A program made the position numbers and the translations under genes. A stretch of DNA of 64,000 nucleotides, taken from the NCBI GenBank assembly GCA_009914755.4, contig CP086569.2:15680001-15744000 (forward strand), read 5' to 3'. Positions within the stretch are counted from its first letter, which is position 1. Each line of letters starts with the position of its first letter. A model generated the notes under the pieces. It did no database searches. It saw only the letters and a program-made list of their open reading frames with translations, and was not told the origin of the DNA. Source of the DNA: the human T2T-CHM13v2.0 reference genome, Homo sapiens. Of this stretch, positions 13,944 to 27,990 are shown piece by piece.

Positions 13944-15587
13944 ATGCCTGGCCTTAAATTGTGTATCTTCTAATTGATGTAGACTTTTATGCCCTATTTA
14001 TTTGTGCTTTGAAGTGAACTGATTCTGAATGTCAGTGCTAGAGCACTGCTTAGTGTTTGGGGGTGGTTAGGCAGATATGCAAGTTCTTAGAGCATAAAGC
14101 TGCTCACTGCTCCCAGTAGAGGGGCTGCAACTGTTTGGAGGGTTTTAGAATACTACCATTTGTGAGTTATGTATGAAGTTAGGGAAGCCTGCTACTCCTG
14201 ATTAGACTGGCAACAACTTTTTGCATTATAAGACAACTGAAATTTCATGTCCAAGCCAGGTGATCTGAGCTACCCCTGTTCATTCCAGATCCAGGGCTGG
14301 TGAGGCAAAATGGTATCCCCAAAACAGATGGGTCTCTTTACTGAACTTCTGGGTTATCTCCACCATGTAGAGAAGATATAGAATCATGCATTTATAAACT
14401 GTATGGTTGAAGATGGCACCCACAGTTACATTTTTCTCCCAAACTTCCCCGGCCTATCTCAGTTCTTAGATATATTGTCTGAGGATTCCTGATTAGGCAT
14501 AGAGTAATGAGGAAATTTTCTCCTTAGATGATTATGGCAAGCTGCTATAGGCCTGTTATTTATCCTCAGTTAATATGGATATTCTAGTAGGAGGGCACAG
14601 TAAGGTAGGAAGAAATGGTCACTCTGAATTCAAAGTATCTCTTAATTTAGAAGGCAAGTTTACCACTCTGAAAGTACTGAGAGTCTCAAATTTCACGTAA
14701 GCATATTTTTGAGCATTTTCTACAAATCCTCATTTCTTCAAATCCCATCCTTTGCAACCTCAAGTTTATCCGGAGGATTCACACTGCCTGCAAGTCCTTC
14801 TTGTATGCATTTCTTGTTGTTTCTGTAACAAATTATCTCACCTGTAGTGGCTTAAAACACACACATTTATTATATCGCCATTGTGAAGTTCTGTAGTCTG
14901 AGTAGCTTGGATGGTTTCTCTTCATTGTCGACCAAGGCTGAATTCAGTGTGTTGGCAGCAGGGTAGTGTTTCTTCCTCCATATTCCAGGGATGCGTTCAC
15001 TTCCAGAAACATCTGGGTTGTTGGCTACATTCAGTTCCATCAGGTTGCGGGTCCTGCTTCCTTGCAGGCTATTGATTGGCTGAGGGCAAATTTTGGCTTC
15101 TTGAGGATCGAAGCATTCCATGACTCCTGGCCTCCTTCCTCATTCTTCAAAGCACAGCTTTTAATGTTCTGAATCTCTCCAACTACCTTTTCTACCTCTT
15201 CTGTCCTTTCCCTTGTCATATGGCTTGTCTGACCTGATTGTTCTGTCACTGTTTTCTTGGTTTTCAGTATCATACAATTGTATTGGACACATTTGGTTAT
15301 TCTAGGATAATCAGCTTATCTTAACATCAGCTGACTAGTAACCTTAATTGTATCTGCAAAGACCATTCATAACAGTACCTAGATACATGTTTAACTTAAT
15401 AGCGAGGGGAATAAGAATCTTGAGTGGTGTCTTTATAATTCTGTTTACCACACACCCATCCGGGTGGACAGACTCCTTACAACTGGGTTTGAGTACTCAG
15501 AACAATGGCCTTCCATCTTTACTCACCCAGGGAGCTCCTCCAGGGAAAGCTCATCTAAGTAAGATCTCACCATCATTTTCATGCCCT

Positions 15588-15897
15588 TTCTTTTTTTTTT
15601 TTTCTTTGTTGTTTTGAGACAGAGCCTTGTTGTCTCTCCCAGACTGGAGTGAAGTGACATGATCTCGGCCCAGTGCTACCTCCACCTCCCAGGTTCAAGC
15701 AGTTCTGCTGTTTCAGCCTCCTGAGTAGCTGGGACTACAGGAGTGTGCCACCACACCTAGCTAATTTTTGTACTTTTAGGAGAGATGAGGTTTCGCCATG
15801 TTGGTCAGGCTGATCTCAAACTCCTAACCTCAGGTGATCCACCTGCCTCAGACTACCAAAGTTCTGAAATTATAGTCATGAGCCACTGTGCCCAGCC
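15588..15897 (-). mobile_element. Alu, minus orientation
   Basis: The poly-T lead and gagacagagccttgttgtctctcccagactggagtgaagtg ... ccactgtgcccagcc are read directly. Confidence 0.9.
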
Positions 15898-15950
15898 TCT
15901 CCTGATCTTTTGAAGTCCAAGTAATAATCCTCAGGTGGCAGTGCACATAA

Positions 15951-16298
<348 letters not shown>

Positions 16299-17759
16299 TA
16301 TTTGTCCTTTTTAATTTAAAAGACTCAACATGTAGAAATAATTTTATCCCTTCACCTTGTGCATTAAGAGCTTCCTTTTTCTTGCAGATGGCTGAACTGA
16401 AGCACCATAAGTGATGAGATGACATTTTGTATTTTTACACACATTCCTGCCCTTTCTCAGATGAGTCTAGGCTTTCATCAGTATTTAAATGCTAACTTAC
16501 TCTGGCAAGACATTTAGGTCCAGAAAATAGTTTAAAAAAATAACATCTTCACAGAAAGAACCTCCAGATAGTTAAAAATAGGGGAACTTGTGGATACACC
16601 ATATTCTGAACAATTAGTGTTGCTAAATAAACCACATTATTTTAGGTTTTTCTTCCTGATTTTTTTTTTCTTCCTTGTGTTACTTTAATTCTGGAACATA
16701 ACTGGGCACTGATAATACTACAGCAGACCCTTATCTCTTTTCTTTATTATGACTGGAAATCGTAATTAGAAAGATGGATAAAAATGGAAAAGCTTAATGA
16801 CGTATGCATATTTTTATAAGACAGAAATATGGAAAGATACGAGCAATAAAATAATTCAGTTTAGAATAGGAAGGGTTATAAAACACTTTTTAAGCAGAAA
16901 AGGAATCAGAGAATGGCACTTTATAATATAGTAATTAAGCCTATTTATTTGATAAAATTCAAATGTCATGTCCTCTTTGTACCTATGAGTGCACATTAAC
17001 AGTAACCATAAAAAAGAATACTTGGAGCTACAGATATGTGTGTGTGTGTGTGCATCTGCACCTGTGTCTTTGGGTGTGTTCCATCTGATTTGATTTTTCA
17101 CCATATCTCTATTTTTGCACTCCCAAATGTAAGTATTTAAGTGTTTATTATATAAAATATTTTTGCATTCTTCCTCCCTTCACATGCAGTGATTTACAAA
17201 TTTCCTATCTGACTATTTCCATCCTGCAAACCCCCAGAATACTGTGGCTGAGGTACTCCTCTTTCTGTTCCCTTCTCTATATAGGTGGAACATCTTCTGG
17301 GAACCATCTTCCATCTATAAGTTTCCCATTCACAGAGGTGGCTAAATCTGTAGCATGCATCCATCCATATCCAATAGTGTCTTTACATGGGTGGGTTGGA
17401 TAATGCAAAACCAAGCTTCAACGTCAATGGTGTGAGAAGTACACAAACACACACACACAAATAAAAACATGCATAATCTCTGTAGATCAGAAGGGGATTG
17501 TCCAGAGTTAATATTAATGTACACTCTTAACTACAAAGAGGTCATAACATCCAAATTCCGTTAAGTACATTGACTAAATTACTATATTATAAAGCTCCCA
17601 TTCTCTAATATCTTTTGTGCTAAAAATATTCCCAAGCCATGTTGAAGATATCTTTCAACAGTTATGTTTCCTAAAAATATGCCTAGATTGTTAAATGTTC
17701 ACTTCTTCATGTGTTTTTCTGGTTACGATTTTCAGTCATAAAGATGAAAGTGACAAGGG

Positions 17760-18500
17760 TCTCAGCAGTGTTTTACCTCTAAACCTAATACTGACCCTAA
17801 CAGAAATTGAAACCTTAAAACTAACCTGTGGCCTTTGACCATTGCTTCTTGATCATTGAGCTGACCCATGACCCTGAACAGAGAATGAGAACTTGAACCC
17901 AAATTTTAATCTGGACCCTAACTAATGACTGGATATGAAACCTAATTCTACCCAACCTTGAAAATGAATCTAAATTTAGACTCAAAACCAAACCCAACCC
18001 AACACCTACTTTAACTTCAATGTAAAATTTTGAACTCACCCTTGACTTTTGCCAGTAACCCTTGACTCTTGACCCCTGATTTGAACACTGAAGGCATCTA
18101 CCAAATTCTCTAACCCACAGACTTTTGATCCTAATCCTGACCTTTGACCATTGTCCCTAATAACGAATATAATCCCTTGATCATAATATTGACTTGTGCT
18201 CCTACCCTGACATTCAATTAGTGATCTAACCATACCCCAAATTGAACTTGAAGCCAAATCCTAACATGAACCTTTATCAATACCTGAAACCCGTCCTAAC
18301 CCTTGATCTTTGATCTTTAACCCTCTGTGTTTTGCTCCTTGACTCCTGACTGTGAGATCCCAGCCTGGACTAAAATCCAAACACACACTCAACATCATTC
18401 TTGACCAGAATTGTTACCCAAACCTGAACAGGAACCCAAACCCTTACCCTACCCACTTACAAATCTGAACACAAAACCTCTACCTATTCTGAACTTGGGG
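17760..18500. repeat. Degenerate tandem repeat or decayed minisatellite rich in TGACC/TTGACC/AACCC units
   Basis: Dozens of variants of ttgacc, tgaccc, cttgatc and aaccc occur over about 740 bp, for example cctgacctttgaccattg (twice), cccttgactcttgacccctga and ccttgatctttgatctttaaccc. Confidence 0.6.
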
Positions 18501-19135
18501 ATTTGAGTGTCTCGGTCCTGTTTGGTAGATGCGGAGTTTGCAGGCCTTCAGTCATGGTGGACACCACAGACTTGAAGAAACTCTCCAATATATTTTTTGG
18601 GAAAAAAAGATGCAACCATTTGAGAGCAAGATGTTAAAACATTCATCCTCAATCTCTGTTTGTACAGACTTCAAGGTGAAATACATGTGGTTGGACTTGT
18701 GATATTTCCAGCCACAAAATTGTATCATGTAGAGATAATGTAGGTTTCCCTGTCTCTGAAAATGCATTTATTCAACCAGTACTTACTTGCTCCAGAAGTG
18801 CACCAGGGACCATTTTAGGCCCCTGGAGGCAGCCATAAGCAAAACTTCCCAGATCCCTACCTATGGAATCTCTGCCTATGGAATGGACATTGTCATAATG
18901 GATGTAGATAAGAAATATCCTGGACTCAAATCTGAACTTCAGTCACGCTGGAAGTCCAAACTCCTGCCCAGACATGTTTTCCTATTACTCACAGAGGATA
19001 GGTGAGGACTCAGGTTAATTAAGGTGGTTATTTTTGTTGCCAGTTTTATCTAATGTCCTTTGTGGATGATGTGTTTTTCACTTGGAATACCAACATGAGA
19101 GACTGGGCCACTTCTCAATTCAGAAATCCACTCAA

Positions 19136-19412
19136 GGCCAGGCATGGTGGCTCACACTTGTAATCCCAGCACTTTGGGAGCCAAGGTGAGAGGATCGCTT
19201 GAGCCAAAGAGTTCGAGCCCATCCTGGGCAACCTGACTAAAGCCTGTCTCTACAAAAAGAAAAAAAAAATTAGCTCAGTCTGGTAGCACATGCCTGTAGT
19301 CCCAGCTACTCAGGAGGCTTGAGGTGGGAGGATCCCTAATCCCAGGATGTCAAGGCTGCTGTGAGCTATGATTGCACCATTGCACTCCAGCCCAGGAAAT
19401 TGATCCTGTCTC

Positions 19413-19452
<40 letters not shown>
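19136..19452 (+). mobile_element. Alu (AluS/J-like, diverged body) with an unusually long pure poly-A tail of about 44 nt
   Basis: ggccaggcatggtggctcacacttgtaatcccagcactttgggagccaaggtgagaggatcgcttgagcc ... tgcactccagcccaggaaattgatcctgtctcc followed by A44. Confidence 0.9.
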
Positions 19453-19454
<2 letters not shown>

Positions 19455-19467
19455 CAACTACATGTAG

Positions 19468-19476
19468 AAGAGAGAG

Positions 19477-19521
<45 letters not shown>
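19468..19521. repeat. (GA)6(GT)21 dinucleotide microsatellite
   Basis: agagagagagag followed by tgtgtgtg... is read directly. Confidence 0.95.
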
Positions 19522-19522
<1 letters not shown>

Positions 19523-20327
19523 CATTAGATTTAACTGAGGATTTAAGGAGAAATTTGGAGGCATATTCTCATATGGGAAAAATAGGAAAATAAACCTTCT
19601 AAAATCAACATCTAGCCCTTTTGCTGATGACCTTTTGGCTATCCTAACATAAACTTTTCTTCTGAATGCTTCAAATCTCAACTCAGCAAATCCACAATGA
19701 GCTATAGGAAATTCACGATCTCTTCTTTTCTTTGGATTTCACCCGCCGCCATTCATGATTTAACAAATAATTCTTTGAAAGGCAGTTCTCTTTCAAAGAT
19801 GAGTTTTGCTTCTCTGTGTTAAAATAATAAATATGTGTCGCTGTTAAAATAGTTTTGCATACATGAGGGAACTCCTTTAGAAGCTTTATTGGGTTTCTTA
19901 GCTGTGCATGCAATTTGAATAATTACTACATAGCAATTCCAGTAACATAGCCAATACATCAGAACCCTCAGGGGAGGCAGCCAGGAACTTTCTTGCAAAA
20001 TATCCCCCACATCTTCATCCCTCTCTGGAGACCACTGGTAAAATTTACAATCGGTAATAATTTCTACAGACATGGCAACTGAGAATGGTAGAACATTAGT
20101 TTTAAAAATCATTTTAATAAAATGGCTTTATAAATATTGAGACTTAATTATTTAATTTGTTCCAGTTAATGAAAGATTTCATTTGGCACAAGACTAGGAC
20201 AAATTAGAATACGTATAATTTTCTTCATTCCAGACAAACAATTATTTTAATGTCTACTGGTACTTAGACCACAAACTTAATTCATTGATTTCATAGTATT
20301 AGAAAATATAGAGTGAGAAAATTGTTA

Positions 20328-20645
20328 GCAGGGCACAGTGGCTCACGCCGGTAATCCCAGCAGTTTGGGAGGCCGAGACGGGCAGATCACAAGGTCAGGA
20401 AATCGAGACCACCCTGGCTAACACGGTGAAACCTCGACTCTACTAAAAAAACAAACAGAGAAAAAAAATATATAGCCGGGGGTGGTGGTGCACTCCTGTA
20501 ATCCCAGTTGCTCAGGAGGCTGAGTCAGAAGAATGGCCTGAACCCGGGAGGTGGACCTTGCAGTGAGCAGAGATCATGCTGCTTCCCCGCAGTCTGGGTG
20601 ACAGAGCGAGACCCCATCTCAAAAAAAAAAAAAAAAAAAAAAAAA
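20328..20645 (+). mobile_element. Alu (AluS/Y-like) with a 25-nt poly-A tail
   Basis: agcagggcacagtggctcacgccggtaatcccagcagtttgggaggccgagacgggcagatcacaaggtcaggaaatcgagacc ... gagaccccatctc followed by A25. Confidence 0.9.
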
Positions 20646-21516
20646 GTTAGAAGTTGTTGAACAGCTGGATTTGACCTAAAATTACTCCAAGAATGTATCA
20701 TTTTTTATGCCTCAAGCTGTTTTGTGCAGTTCTATTTTCAACTTCCATAGACAATTGTAATCTTTTATTTTTGTTTTCTTATTAGAGAATGTTTCATGAT
20801 ATGGATGTGAATAATTAAATGAACATCTTTCTATGTACAGCTTGAATTTAAATTAGAACATGATGGAGATTTTTGGATTCCCTTTAATTCCTGTTATAAA
20901 TTGTATTTCTTTAAACCTGCCCAAAGGGTAACCATCTTTCTGAAACCAATTCATTATTTCCTTCTTTTACTAAATTTTATTTCTACAAAATTAGCACTAC
21001 CAGCTTAACCTAAAGAATATATTGTCATCTGCTTTTGTTCTTTTATAAATGTCATTCTGTGTTTTTCTTGACCTAGCACTTCCTTTTTCATTGAATGGTA
21101 TGTTTTTGATATTCAACCATGAAAATTCTTGGAGCTGTAGTTCATTTATGTTCACTGATATGAGAAACCACACCCTATGGTTATTCCACAAGATATTTAA
21201 CTCTTTCAGAAGCTGGGTATTTGAATTGGCCTTATGTAAACAGTTCAACTGTTAGTATTCTGTGTATATCTTGTTGAAAAAAAATGAAGTTTCTCTACCT
21301 AGAAATAGATTTACTGGACTATATTTTATATCCATATTTAGATATGCATCCTGATGTCAAGAACTGTTTAAGTGGTTGAACAGTTTTATTTACCCAAGAA
21401 CCATATGAAAGTTTCTTGTTCTTACGTTCACTATACTGAGTCCAAAGTTGAATAGAAATGAAATTAGCTATCTTTGATTTGTTCTGTCTTTAGACAAAAG
21501 GAGTTTTAAAAAAAAT

Positions 21517-21803
21517 TTTATTTTGAGACAGTCTTACTCTGTTGCCCTGGCTAGAGTGCAGCGGCATGATCTTGTCTCACTGCAACCTCTGCTTCCGGGG
21601 TTCAAGCGATTCTCATGCCTCAGCCCCCTGAGTAGCTGCCACTACAGGCGTTCACTACCATGCCTGGCAAATTTTTGTATTTTCAGTAGAGATGGGCTTT
21701 CACCATGTTGGCCAGGCTGGTCTCGATTTCCTGACCTGAGGTGATCTGCCTACTTCAGCCTCCAAAAGTTCTGGGATCACAGGTATGAGCCACTGCATCC
21801 AGC
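21517..21803 (-). mobile_element. Alu, minus orientation
   Basis: ttttattttgagacagtcttactctgttgccctggctagagtgcagcggcatgatc ... gagccactgcatccagcc is read directly. Confidence 0.9.
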
Positions 21804-22942
21804 CAGACAGAAGTCTTCTAATGTTTTATCATTATGTATAATATTTGGAGTAGGATATAAATGAACTATCTTTTTCACATAAATAAATGTTTATCTCCTT
21901 AATTTGATAACATGAAACCATAAATTCATTAGAGGTAATTTTTTTTTCATCTTTTAATATTTTCCTTGCTTTGTGTTTAATTTGTTCATGTAGTAAATTA
22001 AATAAGTTAACTTTCTAATATCAAGCTTAGTTTGATATTCAGTATACTCTTTAATATCATTTTTGTATTTGTTATATATTAATCATTTTTGTATCTCTGT
22101 ACTAAATTGGATAGGCTGTAATTTTCCTTATGTTAGGCTTCTCTGGTTTTAGCCTCAACTTAATAGTAGCTGTGTAGAAATAGTAAGAAAACATTTCTGC
22201 TCTCTGGGAGAGTTCATATAAAAAATTCCTTAATTAATAGGTGGTAGACTTGCTATTCAGTCCACCCTGGACAGATGATGTCTTTGATGTAGTTAAAAAC
22301 ATCTTTTATTTCCTGCTTGATTTGTGGGCTTTATTACGTATTGATTTCTTATATATATTAATAACAACATGTTTGCCTGTATCTGTCTGTTAACACTTTA
22401 TTATGTTCTCTTTTTTCATTTGTCTGTTGTCTGTATACATTTTGTTAAACTATTGTAACAAATTATGAGAAATGTAGTAATGTAAAAGAGCAACCATGTA
22501 GTATGTCATGGTTCTAAAGGTCAGAATTCTTGGTGCAGTGGAGCCTAGCTTGGTCCTCTTCTTAAGGTCTTCCATGGGTGAAATCAAGAGACTGGCAGGG
22601 CTGTATTCCTCTCTGGGGGCTGGAGGGATGAATCTGTTACAACATGTAGATTTTTAAAATCTAAGTATTTGCACTAACTTCTGATTTTACCATATTAGAT
22701 CCATAGGGTGAATTCCTATTTCTTGATCATTTGAGTCTTAGAGAAGCTTGATTTCCGTCCTACAACATCGTTAGATTATTACAGATTTCTTATCTGCTTT
22801 AAACAAGGGGTTTTTCTCTGTTTTTTGTCAAGATTAACATAATATTTTCAACATGTATTATACTTGAGTTGTATATTGTGAGTATATAAGTACACACAAT
22901 GAACGACTCTTCAGCCTTAAAAAAGGAGTAAATAAGAAATAG

Positions 22943-23224
22943 GCCGGACGCGGTGGCTCACGCCTGTAATCCCAGCACTTTGGGAGGCCGAGGCGGGCGG
23001 ATCACGAGGTCAGGAGATCGAGACCATCCTGGCTAACACAGTGAAACCCCGTGTCTACTAAAAATACAAAAAAATTAGCCGGGTGAGGTGGCGGGCGCCT
23101 GTAGTCCCAGGTACGCGGGAGGCTGAGGCAGGAGAATGGCGTGAACCCCAGAGGGCGGAGCTTGCAGCGAGCCGTGATGGCGCCACTGCGAGGCTCCATC
23201 TAAAAAAAAAAAAAAAAAAAAAAA
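22943..23224 (+). mobile_element. AluY, + orientation, 3' body slightly truncated, tail of 24 or more A
   Basis: ggccggacgcggtggctcacgcctgtaatcccagcactttgggaggccgaggcgggcggatcacgaggtcaggagatcgagaccatcctggctaacac is read directly. Confidence 0.9.
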
Positions 23225-23875
23225 GAAAGAAATCATGTAATTGGTGACAACACAGATGTACCTGAAGGACATTATGTGAAGTGAAATGAGCCAGGCACAT
23301 AAAAACAAACACTGCATGATGAAATGTGAAATCTAAAGAAGTCAAACTCACAGAAACAGAGAGTAGACTTGTAGTTGCTATAGGCTGGAAGTTGTGCACA
23401 TGGCGAATTTTGGTCAAAGAGCATAAACAGTTTTTTCCTTCCTATAATATTATTTTCTTAGGTTCTAATTTTTGAGCTATTGGGATTTTCACATCATAAT
23501 TTTTTGGTCTTACTTATGCTTGCATATCTTTTACTACTCTTGAATAATTTTAGTCTTTCTATATCTTTTGGCTTAAAATTTGTCTCAAATTGGTTGCATT
23601 TTTCATCTTTGGTTTTGTTACAAACGTGTGATTGTCTGGAATTTTTAATTTATGAGTTCAAAACATTTATGTTTGTTGAATATTAATTTTACTAAGGCTT
23701 AGTTTGCCATCTTGTTTGACATGTTCAATTTAGTTACTTCAGAATAAGCATAATATAACTGTATATTTTGTCTTTGAAAACATCAGTTTCCACCTGTCAT
23801 TTAATAGATATACTTCTACTGGATTTAAAACTATATTCTGTTTTTTGTTCTTACACTGTTGTTGATCATAACTGA

Positions 23876-24226
<351 letters not shown>

Positions 24227-27129
24227 CCTTCCCAGTTGTTTTTATAAATTTAGCAACATACTATTGGTTTATACCAATTGTGTCCCATTTCTATATGAAA
24301 ATCAAAAATATATAGAATACATCAAGGGATTTGTTGACAGATCTGATAATTTCTGTAGCAGTCCTCTAACAAGACAAACATTTTTCAAACATGCATCTCC
24401 TTTTAGTCCCACCACTGAATGCCATTTAAGTAGATAGTTCCTAGAATTTAAGTTCTGGGCTGTTATCTATGTATAATTGTTGCATTCTTTTTTACCCATT
24501 TTAGCCAAATATAAATTATAAATTATTGATTGTCCCTGCATTTCATATATTTTCCACAATTCTTATCAAAATACTCATATTCTTTCATAGGTGTTTTCTC
24601 AAAAATATTTTTGAGTCATTGAAATTTTGTTTAGCAAAATGTTTGAGTCCCTTTTTGATCAATTTTTTGTTTTTACTTTGCCTATACTATTTGTTTCTAA
24701 ACAAAAAATTTAAATTCACAGTTATTTTTCTTCCAACTTTCAAATATCACTACTGTATCTGCAGATGTTCTGTGCTATCACTGGAAAGTTTAATGTCAGT
24801 CTGATTCTTACTCATTCATGACTCAGCTATTTTTTTCTCCGAAGGCTATTATAATTTTGTATTTGTCTTTGACGTCCTTGAATTTCATAGCAATATATCA
24901 ACTCAGGGCACTCTATGAGCTCATTCAAAATAAAGTTTTTGTTCTGTTTGTCTGTTTTAAGCATATTTTCATTCATTCATCAACTTAGTTCTTTCTGTTT
25001 TTTTCTCTCTTACCTATTATTGATATATCTACCAAAACTGCCTTTCTCTCCTTTATTCTTTCCTGGTGTTTCCTATGAATGTTCTTCCATCTGATCTTCC
25101 AATTCAGTAATTTGTTCTTCAATTCTCTCTGTTCTAAGATTTATCTTAACTATTATGTTCTTGTTCATCTTTACTATTACTTATTCCATACTTACTATAT
25201 TTACCAAGTTATCTTTTAATTCTTATTATAATCTACTATTTGAAATATATTACCTTAGGTGATCAAGTGTATTATTTTGTCTTTTGTAATTTCTTCATTG
25301 ATCTGTTCCAATAATTATATCTTATGTAGAAGAGTTTTCATCTGTTGAGAGAGATAGAGTTTGGTAACTTTTTTAAATATTCAGGTATATAACTTTTTAA
25401 AAAAACATTTAGCCTATATCCTCCTTAGGTGGGTGAAAACTCAACCATCAGCCTGTTTGTAATTGTGGATTTGATATGACTTAAGGCCATGCCCAAGTCT
25501 ATGTTTATTTTACAAGATTAACATTCAAAAATCACTTTTAGGTTACTCTGGTGCACTGAAAACCTGCAAGGAAGGCTTCTTATTTGAAATGTGCCTTTAA
25601 ACTCTAAATGAACTGGCATTACAAAGAGGCAGCCTCTTTAACATCCTTTCTGGGGGCATGGAGGGGAAGGGGCTGAAGCAGGAAAAGCCCATTGTGGCCA
25701 TGAGTGACTGGTGGCCCTGTAGGTTTTTAGCCGACTCCTCAATGCATCTGAGTTTCCCCTAGGCTTACCGAAATCCTACTACCTGATGGCTGCTGTAGGG
25801 TTCTATGTTGTATGGAGAAGAGAAGATGGAAGGGAGATTAGATAATGATTAACTCAAGACATTTTTGCTAAGAGACAAGAGTGAACCTAAGACTTTTCTT
25901 TCAAACTGGCATCGTTGTGTTACCACTTCCACCCTCTGCCAGAAGGTTTAGCCACCCCCATCCGCCATATATACATGGTTCTTCAGGTTGTACTCTCTGC
26001 AGAATGGCTTATAGTTTACTGCTTTTATGTTCTGTTATTGCTCTTTCAGTAGATCGATGCCTTCATTTTCTTAGCCTCTGTAGTTTCTCAAATGTAGATT
26101 TTTGTGGAGGAAGCAGCATTCTGTTCTATTCACCATCTCAAAAGAAGCATAAATCTTTTTCTTGATTTATTAGTATTTTTCCCAACCCATCAAATAAATC
26201 TGTACTTCTACCACCCCCCAGACTTTGCACTGAAGAGGATTGAGAAATGGTGAAACACTTAGCTATTGGATAGCTTTTTTCATTCCCACAGACCTCATCA
26301 GTTATTGTTAGCTAATATACCCATTAAGAAAATTACCGAGGAAACACCACATACATCCTTATTAATTCATCACTTGTCAAAATCCTTCTAAGCACCTTTC
26401 ATCTATTTCTAAAAACATTCCAAATATTTCAGGGACAATTTCCTAATATTTTGGTTTTGAATGTCACATAGTTCATCTATCATCATATATGATAGCTATA
26501 ACTACAGAAACCAAAATATTAACTAATTCTTAATGACAATTAGGATAATGAAGGATCTATTAGAATTGCTCTGGGTGTCTTTGATTGTCATATGAATTTT
26601 TAACCAAAGGCTTGTATGAGTTCCAGAGAGCAAACCCACTACATTTTCCCTGCCCTGACTTCCAGCCCATCACTATGTAGATCCATTGTGGAGCTTTGTT
26701 ACTCCTTTGTAGTGTATTAAATTCGAGGATATAATATCATCTGATTATGGATGAAAGTAATGGGACACTTACTGCCATGAGAGCCCCTCGTGACAGGTGA
26801 TAGTTGAACCAGAAGTTTAAAGACCTGTGGCAGACAGGAGGGGGTAAAACAATAGGACGCAGGACCCAGGAATACATTAGGGAAGGCAACAACAGTGAAG
26901 GAAGAGCTAGAGTAATTGAAAGGCTGATAAACATATTTGGAGCCAGTTCTTTTTATGCTATCATTAAGATAAAATCAGTAAATCAGTAATCCTTGCCTGG
27001 TGGATATTTCTTCTTTGCAAGAAAAATGTTTTAACTAAAGGAAGTCATTTTTGATAATTTGATTTATATACATACATATATCCTCTGTACAAATTGCCTC
27101 CAAGCACTTTGGGGACAGGAGAAGAGGGG

Positions 27130-27440
27130 AAACCTGTGAGATTGATAGATGCTAGATAGATAGATAGATAGGTAGATAGATAGTTAGGTTAGAGATATAA
27201 AGATATATTCTCTCTATATATATATTTTTTCTTTGTCTCTCTAAAGACATGATTAGGAAACATTCTCTTGCTATATATAAGTATATATATTATATACATA
27301 CTTACATATTATATATAATTTATATATAAATGTAATATATATTATTTGTATCATAAATATAAATATATTTTTATATACACATTCTCTCTACAAATAGAAC
27401 ATATCTATCGAGAGAGACATATGCAGTATATGTATATGTG
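27130..27440. repeat. (GATA)n microsatellite followed by TA-rich low complexity
   Basis: agatagatagatagataggtagatagatag is followed by atatatatat and tatgtatatgtgtatgtgtatgtatat. Confidence 0.8.
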
Positions 27441-27844
27441 TATGTGTATGTATATCTAAAACAAAGAAACAATATAAACACAAAATCCAAATGTCAAGTG
27501 GAAGAAAACTCTAATCAGCTACAAGGGACAATTAGAACATCTGTAAGAATAATATGTGTACTGGATTTAAAATGATAAAGACATTAAAATGCATATATTC
27601 ATCATGATACCCAGAATAAAACTCACTGTTAATATTACTAGGCAATGATCACATTCTCCTGGATCTTGATCAATAAAAATTATGATTTTTCCTACATTTG
27701 GAATAAATACTGAATTTCACAATAACTAAAAAATTGATGATTACAAGTAAAATTCCAGATAATATATGCAGGAAAAACAATAGTATAAGAAAATCATTAT
27801 TTTGTGAAACCCCAAATTAAGCTAAGTGTGTGAGTCTGTTCTCA

Positions 27845-27990
27845 CACTGCCAAAAGAACTGCCCGAGACTGGCTAATTTATAAAAGAAAGAGGTTTAATT
27901 GACTCACAGTTCTGCAAGGCTGGGAAGGCTTCCAGAAACTTTCAATCAAGGCAGAAAGGGAAGCAAACATGTCCTTCTTCACATGGTGCC
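27845..27990 (-). mobile_element. MaLR-type LTR fragment (MST/THE1/MLT1-like)
   Basis: gactggctaatttataaaagaaagaggtttaattgactcacagttctgcaaggctgggaaggcttccagaaactttcaatcaaggcagaaagggaagcaaacatgtccttcttcacatggtg resembles the reverse complement of MaLR LTR consensus. Confidence 0.5.
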
